Source of the DNA: an uncultured virus (IMG/VR IMGVR_UViG_3300032280_000373) | Taxonomy: Duplodnaviria; Heunggongvirae; Uroviricota; Caudoviricetes | Virus record (IMG/VR): IMGVR_UViG_3300032280_000373 | Reading direction: 5' to 3' (one strand) | Length of the DNA stretch: 64,000 bases | In this document: positions 58,207 through 64,000 of the stretch, piece after piece | How the letters are laid out: each line of letters starts with the position of its first letter | Position numbering within the stretch: position 1 is the stretch's first letter | Translations under genes and position numbers: made by a program | Notes under the pieces: model-generated | Databases searched by the model: none | What the model was told of the DNA's origin: nothing | What the model saw: only the letters and a program-made list of their open reading frames with translations

Positions 58207-58863
58207 TTATTCTTCCTTTGGTTTAGAAGCAAGCACTTTCCAAGTCTTTCTCTGCCCGTCCACGCAAACATCTAGGTTTTCTGGTTTGTATTCGTCCCCA
58301 TTTGCTGCTGTAATATTGGGCCCCCCACCTCTAGCAAAAGTGATCTCACCTTCATCCAAATACAAAACAGCTCGCGATCCGCTTGCATCAAGTACCCAAT
58401 TCGAACTGCCTTTTCCTTCGAGCCCTTGAACTCCTTGGTACAAAAATATTCCTTCACCACCGCTCGAGGACGCGGTTGTGTCAAACCATAAAGTTTGGCT
58501 CACTACATTTCCACTGCAATCTTTACAACCAGTATCGATAGCCGCGGCCATAAGTATCGGGCGAGGATTGAGATTTATTGTGGACGGTTGGCACACTTTA
58601 CAAAAATTAGAACTTGCCCCGCTACCTGATGGTGGAGCTGTTGCTGGAGTTACAACCTCATTGGTTGGGTTTTCTGGATTGCTCCCAACCGGTGGTTCTG
58701 GATCCGGAGGGGTTACAGTTGGGGCATCGTTTACGGGGCCAAATTTTTGAGCAGCTACCACACGACTAAAGCCGGGGAGTGGAAGAACAGTAATTGTTCC
58801 ACCACCAAAACCGGGTAGACCGGAGGGGAGCGGATCTCCCGAGTACTCCAATCTCTCACTCAT
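58207..58863 (-). CDS. Putative virion protein with Pro-rich linker and two CxxC motifs
   Basis: ATG 58863 directly after the nozzle stop; CKVC and CKDC; C-terminal VCVDG. Confidence 0.6.
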   Translation of the reverse strand: MSERLEYSGDPLPSGLPGFGGGTITVLPLPGFSRVVAAQKFGPVNDAPTVTPPDPEPPVGSNPENPTNEVVTPATAPPSGSGASSNFCKVCQPSTINLNPRPILMAAAIDTGCKDCSGNVVSQTLWFDTTASSSGGEGIFLYQGVQGLEGKGSSNWVLDASGSRAVLYLDEGEITFARGGGPNITAANGDEYKPENLDVCVDGQRKTWKVLASKPKEE

Positions 58864-58864
58864 A

Positions 58865-60799
58865 TTAGCATTCTCCCAAATCGCTGATATCTTTTTTGGA
58901 CGCGTGGAATTTAAATATTGCCAGCTTTGCGTGGCCAGTCCAAGAAACTTTTGGTTGGAAAAGATATCCAAAACGTGCTTTTCTAGATACTCCAATGATA
59001 CAGGAATCTGAGGGTTTTACTGTGCGGATTGTTCTGTAGCCTAACCCCAAATCAGGTGGGGAACAAGTTTCTAGATTTTCGGTTTGTGTGGCAAAATCAA
59101 TTGATCCGCTTTGAATCGGGAAATAAGACGGGTAGTAGTCTGGTGTAAAATCAAGATTCCAAGATACAGATCCGTATACTTCAGAAAAACTTAAATCAGC
59201 CCGCATTAATTCTTTAATCTCGTTAGGTGTGCCAAACTCCATCCTCCGGCACTCTACTGAACAGGATATAGGTACTTCTACCGAATTGTTCTGCTCGTCT
59301 GGTATGGTGTCAAAATAATCATCTGATGTAATCTCGTACAGCGCGTTGTTTCCATCTGACCCGCAAACAATGGCAAAGCATCTTTTTACCCCACGGAAAT
59401 CCCCAACCACAAATTTGCTTACCTGCAAGCCCGTCCATTCTCCATCGTAAACAGGAGGGAAATTTCCCTCGTACACTCCAGGATTAAAGTCCTGAGTCAC
59501 AATCTTTGTGAACACAATGTTATAACGCGTAGAACTTCCGTTTACTTTTTGAATTTTTGGTGCGCAACCATACAAAGCTCGGTAGTCAAAATAAGCTGCT
59601 GGAGAAAAAGGAACCCATCTTTCAGTATCATAATTAATAACGCGATCGGCTTCAATGCTGTCAACCAAGGTAACATTGGCGCTTTTCGAAAATTGAATGG
59701 TTTGCACAAGAGAACGTATTCCATCTAATGATCTGAAATAAACGTCATTATTTGTCATAATCATACAATCTGAGGCAACGCCACCGCCACCAATAAACAT
59801 TTTTCTCTGCATGCCTGGAGTGGCTTGCCAGGTTGTTCTATCAAAAATATTAGATCTGATAGCCGATACTTCATTCCTTGTAAAGACAATCAAATCCCCC
59901 TGCCCGGTTGACGTATCGGACCCGGGCAAGAATGCTAACCCTGTGATTTCAGAATCAAAAGAAAAACTTCCGCCACCGTTTAAATATTGTGTTTCAGAGA
60001 AACGAATTTCTGCGCCCAAATAACTACCTGACAAATCTCCAGCGTACAATTGATTTCCGTTTGCTACCCATAAACGCCCGTTCCCGAAAGCCATTATAGG
60101 CCCAACAGGAATAGAAACATTTGTTTGCAAAGGCCCAGGAGGAAAAAATTTAACGGTAGCTAAAGCAGTCAATGAGCAATTGTTATTTAATGTAACTTCA
60201 GTTGCTGTATCCACCGATACGATAACAGTATTGGGTGGTATTCCTCGAGCGGCTTGAGCGAGCATACCGGGGAAAAGACCGGCGGTTGAAGAGACGTTGA
60301 TTCGTGGGTTATTGGCTCCAATAGTACATTCAAGTTCAACGAAGGTCGCTAACTCTTCTAAAATATTTTCTGACCGAAATGAGGTAGCTCCAGTGTATAC
60401 AATCGCTGGATTAACTCCGTCTTGAACAATAAGATAATCATTTGCTGCCACCATAGAAGCTCTTCTTGAAACATAATTATTTGTTTCGTTTGCGGGGGTA
60501 ACGTCCAGCGATGCAGAGTTTGGGTTAGTTGCTTGAGTATTATAAAGACGCCCGTCGATAAAAGCCATCAAATCTTCGGAAGAAGGATTTTTAAAGTAAC
60601 AAGCACCTTGGATTACACCATTGGGTAGTGCTTTAACAAACTTAAAGCCTGGACGTGTTTTGGGAAAACCACCGCGGATTGCAACATTGATGCCCCAAGA
60701 GTATTGATTTGGTGGTAAAAGTGCTGGGTCAATACTGGAATTAGCGCCACCAATGAAGGTTGCAATTCCCTCCATCAGACGATTTTGATCTTTGATCAT
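58865..60799 (-). CDS. Tail nozzle / DNA stabilization protein (tail tubular B / P22 gp10-like)
   Basis: GG.NS..DP.LL..NQ...N...RGG..TRPG N-terminus, beta-propeller-like repeats, GRLWVA. Confidence 0.7.
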   Translation of the reverse strand: MIKDQNRLMEGIATFIGGANSSIDPALLPPNQYSWGINVAIRGGFPKTRPGFKFVKALPNGVIQGACYFKNPSSEDLMAFIDGRLYNTQATNPNSASLDVTPANETNNYVSRRASMVAANDYLIVQDGVNPAIVYTGATSFRSENILEELATFVELECTIGANNPRINVSSTAGLFPGMLAQAARGIPPNTVIVSVDTATEVTLNNNCSLTALATVKFFPPGPLQTNVSIPVGPIMAFGNGRLWVANGNQLYAGDLSGSYLGAEIRFSETQYLNGGGSFSFDSEITGLAFLPGSDTSTGQGDLIVFTRNEVSAIRSNIFDRTTWQATPGMQRKMFIGGGGVASDCMIMTNNDVYFRSLDGIRSLVQTIQFSKSANVTLVDSIEADRVINYDTERWVPFSPAAYFDYRALYGCAPKIQKVNGSSTRYNIVFTKIVTQDFNPGVYEGNFPPVYDGEWTGLQVSKFVVGDFRGVKRCFAIVCGSDGNNALYEITSDDYFDTIPDEQNNSVEVPISCSVECRRMEFGTPNEIKELMRADLSFSEVYGSVSWNLDFTPDYYPSYFPIQSGSIDFATQTENLETCSPPDLGLGYRTIRTVKPSDSCIIGVSRKARFGYLFQPKVSWTGHAKLAIFKFHASKKDISDLGEC

Positions 60800-62604
60800 G
60801 AAGCCGCGGCGCGCGTTACAAATATGTTAATGGTTATATTCGTCGTAGTTGCACTAAAATCTGTGCTGCTCATATTAAAGAAAACAATCTTTACATAATT
60901 GGATACGCAATAAGCGCTAATCATAACTTTATCCGCAAAATTATTTTCCGAAGAAGAATAAGTAACTTGTGCGAAATCTCCAGAAAGTACATTTGGAAGA
61001 TAATGAGTATAGGTCTGGTAAGTTCCAGCTCCCGTAAGACTTCCAAGAGAATCTGTAGATTCTAATGAAACAGATCCTCTGTAAAGTTTTGTAATCTTGG
61101 CGGCTGATGTTTCTATTTGATAAGATGTTGCTTGGACGGCACCAGTAACATCCAATTCAAAATCTGGGGAAGCTTTTCTAATACCAACTCTATTGTTAGT
61201 GGAATTAACAACAAGTGTACTTGTATCTACAGTAAGATTACCGCTTATTGATGCATTACCGCTTATTGCTGCGTCTCCAGTAACATCTAAAGGAACTGCC
61301 GGAGTAGTATTATTGATTCCTACATATCCAGTATTCTTTACATACAAAACAGAAGTTGAATTTAACTCGCCAGTGATATTGGCAGACCCAGATACGGTAA
61401 GTGAAGAGGTAGGAGCGGTTGTATTTACCCCGACTCTATTTGATGAAGTATCGACAAATAATACTCCGGAATCAATATTAAGATTATTTGAAACTGCTAA
61501 AGTCGAATTCATCGTTGTAGCCCCAACAACATTTAAAGTAGAGCTTAACGTGGCTGCTCCGGAAACGAGTAGAGAACCTAGGATTGTAGAACCACTGACA
61601 TCCAAGGCAACAGTAGGTGTTTTATTAATACCAACAAAATTGTTGGAGGTATCGACCTTTAAAACGTTGGTATCGACTGACAAATCACCGCTTATGTTAG
61701 TAGCGCCAACAACATCCAGCTCAACTGCTGGGGTGGCTGTTTTAATCCCAACGCGATTTGTATTTGCATTTACATTTAAAAGGTCCGAACTGGATACTCC
61801 CCGCACTAGGAACGTAGAAGCTCCGCTAACTCCACCTGGGTTAACGAGAAAAGAGACAGCTTGGGCGGCTCCGTTTACATCCAACAATTTTTTAGGATCT
61901 GAAATTCCAATACCAACTCTATCGGAACTTGCAGACACAACAAGAGTGTTAGTAAAGTTGTCCGTCATAACTACAAAATCAGAATTATTTACTTGAGAGG
62001 AGTTAATGGTCGCGCCCAACCTAAATTCTGAAAGGCCCGCAACTCTAAAAGTTCCGCTAATATCGAGATCGGCTGCTGGGGATGACGTTTTAACCCCGAT
62101 CCTGTTTGTGCTACCTTTGGTATATAACAAATGAGTCTCGGTATCGGATTCTACTCTAAAGTCTACGGCAGCTCCACTTTCATTGACTACGGTTGGCCCG
62201 TTAAGAATAGAAGATCCGTTAACGGTAAGCGAGGAGAGAGGATCGGAATATGTAGCCCCGGCGGAAGGGGAAACTTTTAAACCCGCCGTAACTGAACCGG
62301 ATGGGTTTACCCCGGCTGCTCTTACTAGGGTGGCAGTAACCGATGTGTAAGGAGTTCCCCCGACAACGGTAACAGTATAAAAACCAGCACCGGAAATATA
62401 AATAGTTTGCCCCACTGCAATCCAGCGATTTTCAACTACGCTAAAAGTTATTGGGTCATTAACGGCCGGTTGGGGAAAATTAGCGGCTACTGTGGTAAAT
62501 GCATTGATACCGTTAGTGCCATTTGTACCATTCGATCCAGCAAGACCCTGCGGTCCCTGGACTCCGGCTTCTCCAACAACAAGTGTATTACAATCGCAGC
62601 TCAT
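60796..62604 (-). CDS. Tail fibre protein
   Basis: Short collagen-like GVQGPQGLAGSNGTNGTNG; repeated NRVGI.T..P...LDV.G shaft units; N-terminal MSCDC. Confidence 0.8.
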   Translation of the reverse strand: MSCDCNTLVVGEAGVQGPQGLAGSNGTNGTNGINAFTTVAANFPQPAVNDPITFSVVENRWIAVGQTIYISGAGFYTVTVVGGTPYTSVTATLVRAAGVNPSGSVTAGLKVSPSAGATYSDPLSSLTVNGSSILNGPTVVNESGAAVDFRVESDTETHLLYTKGSTNRIGVKTSSPAADLDISGTFRVAGLSEFRLGATINSSQVNNSDFVVMTDNFTNTLVVSASSDRVGIGISDPKKLLDVNGAAQAVSFLVNPGGVSGASTFLVRGVSSSDLLNVNANTNRVGIKTATPAVELDVVGATNISGDLSVDTNVLKVDTSNNFVGINKTPTVALDVSGSTILGSLLVSGAATLSSTLNVVGATTMNSTLAVSNNLNIDSGVLFVDTSSNRVGVNTTAPTSSLTVSGSANITGELNSTSVLYVKNTGYVGINNTTPAVPLDVTGDAAISGNASISGNLTVDTSTLVVNSTNNRVGIRKASPDFELDVTGAVQATSYQIETSAAKITKLYRGSVSLESTDSLGSLTGAGTYQTYTHYLPNVLSGDFAQVTYSSSENNFADKVMISAYCVSNYVKIVFFNMSSTDFSATTTNITINIFVTRAAAS

Positions 62605-62615
62605 TTAGTTCTCCT

Positions 62616-63614
62616 TTAGTTTTCGTAAGCAATTTCAAGACCTTGAACAACTGCCACCCAGCGAATAGTGGTCGAGGCAGCCCCTGTTACTTTAATATCC
62701 AAGGCGTCATTGGTATTGTCGGCTGTAATTGTTACATCCCATCCGGCAACGTCCTCAACATCAGTGCCAACAGTAGAAACTGCTCCAACTAATGCCGTGG
62801 TCCCGCCAACATTTTTAATCATTACTTTGCGAATATAATGGGCTCCCTGTGAGCCATCCGTTTTAATGCCAGAAACATTTACAGTGCAAGCAAGAATTTT
62901 TCCGGTTGGAATTGTTAATCTCGCGGATCCTCCGTCTAAAAAAAGATTAGTTGGTGTATTATTAGTAGTGAATCCTCCTAAAACAAAAGATACAGCTTGA
63001 GAAAATCCTGCTTGCTGAAAAAGGCCAAGCGAAAAGGAAGCATTTGCAACCATTCCATATCTGTCGGCTACTCCGTAACGTCCCCCAATAACTGTAGAGT
63101 AGTTTCCAGAAGCTTGATTCCTGTTTCCTCCGCACACCGTTGAATTTTGTCCGGAAGACAAATTTGTGCTGCCACCACCAATTGTTGACTTTTCGCCCGA
63201 GGCTACATTGCCAGATCCCCCAGATACTGTGGCCCCAGTATTTGATGCCGTATTAGTAAATCCACCGCTCACTGTACCATAAAAATCTCCACTTACTGTA
63301 TTATCTCTACCACCAGCAAGTACCGAAGCATTACTCGAAGCAACTTGAGTAGCAGCACTTCTGGTTTGTTGTAAATCTACAGATCCAATTCCTCTCGCAT
63401 TACCGACTACATACGGTGTAGATTCTTCGGTATCGGGGGCACCATATTTAGCGTAAATATTCCCAGACCCCGCATCTGCTGGGTTAGCTATTGATGAAAG
63501 AAGATTCTGGATTTCGGCTTCAGCAACAAGACTTGCCGGTGGAGGAGTGGTATTTGCCCCGGCTGTTCCGCAATCGCAATCTCGGGCGTAGTTATCGGGA
63601 TTAGGAAAACTCAT
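62616..63614 (-). CDS. Tail fibre / virion decoration protein
   Basis: GNARG..SVDLQ..R, SGG..N.ASG..ST repeats, C-terminal IRWVA; DCDC near the N-terminus. Confidence 0.7.
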   Translation of the reverse strand: MSFPNPDNYARDCDCGTAGANTTPPPASLVAEAEIQNLLSSIANPADAGSGNIYAKYGAPDTEESTPYVVGNARGIGSVDLQQTRSAATQVASSNASVLAGGRDNTVSGDFYGTVSGGFTNTASNTGATVSGGSGNVASGEKSTIGGGSTNLSSGQNSTVCGGNRNQASGNYSTVIGGRYGVADRYGMVANASFSLGLFQQAGFSQAVSFVLGGFTTNNTPTNLFLDGGSARLTIPTGKILACTVNVSGIKTDGSQGAHYIRKVMIKNVGGTTALVGAVSTVGTDVEDVAGWDVTITADNTNDALDIKVTGAASTTIRWVAVVQGLEIAYEN

Positions 63615-63656
63615 CGCAGTGATTATGCCTGTCTATAATTATGAGTCAAGCAATCT

Positions 63657-64000
63657 CTACTTGAGAACGTTCCAATTATCCCGCCACTTGCAGTTGGGCT
63701 CTAGATAGATGGACTTGGTGCGGGGAAGCTTTTCTCTTGGTATGACAAACAAAGCATCCAAGGTTGTATTTAGAAATATAAAAACGTCGCAATCTCCCTT
63801 GGTATATAGCCTCTTCTGCATATGCCCAAACCCGGGACCGCGGATAGCAAAAAACTTCAGCTTTCTGCGGCGACAGTCTTCACCTCCAATGGTAGTTTTA
63901 ACTTGGACGCGTACCATCTTGCCCTTCCAATCGGTAACCAAGTCGTACCCATCGTCATAGACGGGCAGGCTTACGAGAAAGCCCTGCTCCATCAACTTGG
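63657..64000 (-). CDS. PD-(D/E)XK endonuclease (homing-type), 5' end probably outside the window
   Basis: YDLV.D....RVQVKT...Y...DCD motif. Confidence 0.75.
   Translation of the reverse strand, partial: KLMEQGFLVSLPVYDDGYDLVTDWKGKMVRVQVKTTIGGEDCRRRKLKFFAIRGPGFGHMQKRLYTKGDCDVFIFLNTTLDALFVIPREKLPRTKSIYLEPNCKWRDNWNVLK

Noticed and set aside
61193..61996. 267-aa plus-strand ORF
   Set aside because: Antisense shadow of the repetitive tail fibre.
1..64000. Stop-codon reassignment
   Set aside because: Core genes are intact under the standard code and end in TAA, TAG or TGA; the one split gene changes frame.
63657..64000. Group I intron around the endonuclease
   Set aside because: The downstream gene starts cleanly with its own promoter and no intron core is visible; upstream context is outside the window.

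Overview
The window is a 64-kb piece of a tailed dsDNA bacteriophage genome with podovirus-like architecture. No integrase, CRISPR array or tRNA was seen, and the host cannot be determined from this sequence. It has two transcriptional arms. The minus-strand arm holds the virion genes: TerL, portal and scaffold run off the left edge, while tail fibres, nozzle/adaptor, ejection proteins, a 4287-aa polyvalent protein, a GH73 muramidase and small basic proteins lie on the right. The major capsid gene presumably lies outside the window. The plus-strand arm (5.3-35.7 kb) holds replication genes (Hjc-like resolvase, SF2 helicase, split Cas4/DUF2800-like nuclease, SSB-like protein, family A polymerase, primase-helicase), an accessory operon, a G-rich iteron region, a glycosyltransferase/FkbM cluster, a displaced TerS on the minus strand, and many small early-type genes including rIIA/rIIB, GP88-like and OGG-like genes. 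The most striking feature is an Erv1/ALR-family FAD sulfhydryl oxidase (15329-15778), a family typical of eukaryotes and large eukaryotic DNA viruses. It sits between a 13-Cys protein and a CxxC protein, in a phage whose external tail proteins carry CxC/CxxC clusters, suggesting a phage-encoded cytoplasmic disulfide-formation pathway. Other candidates are two structured non-coding elements, widespread leaderless promoters and swappable cassettes inside the giant protein. All assignments come from motif recognition by eye; no searches were run.
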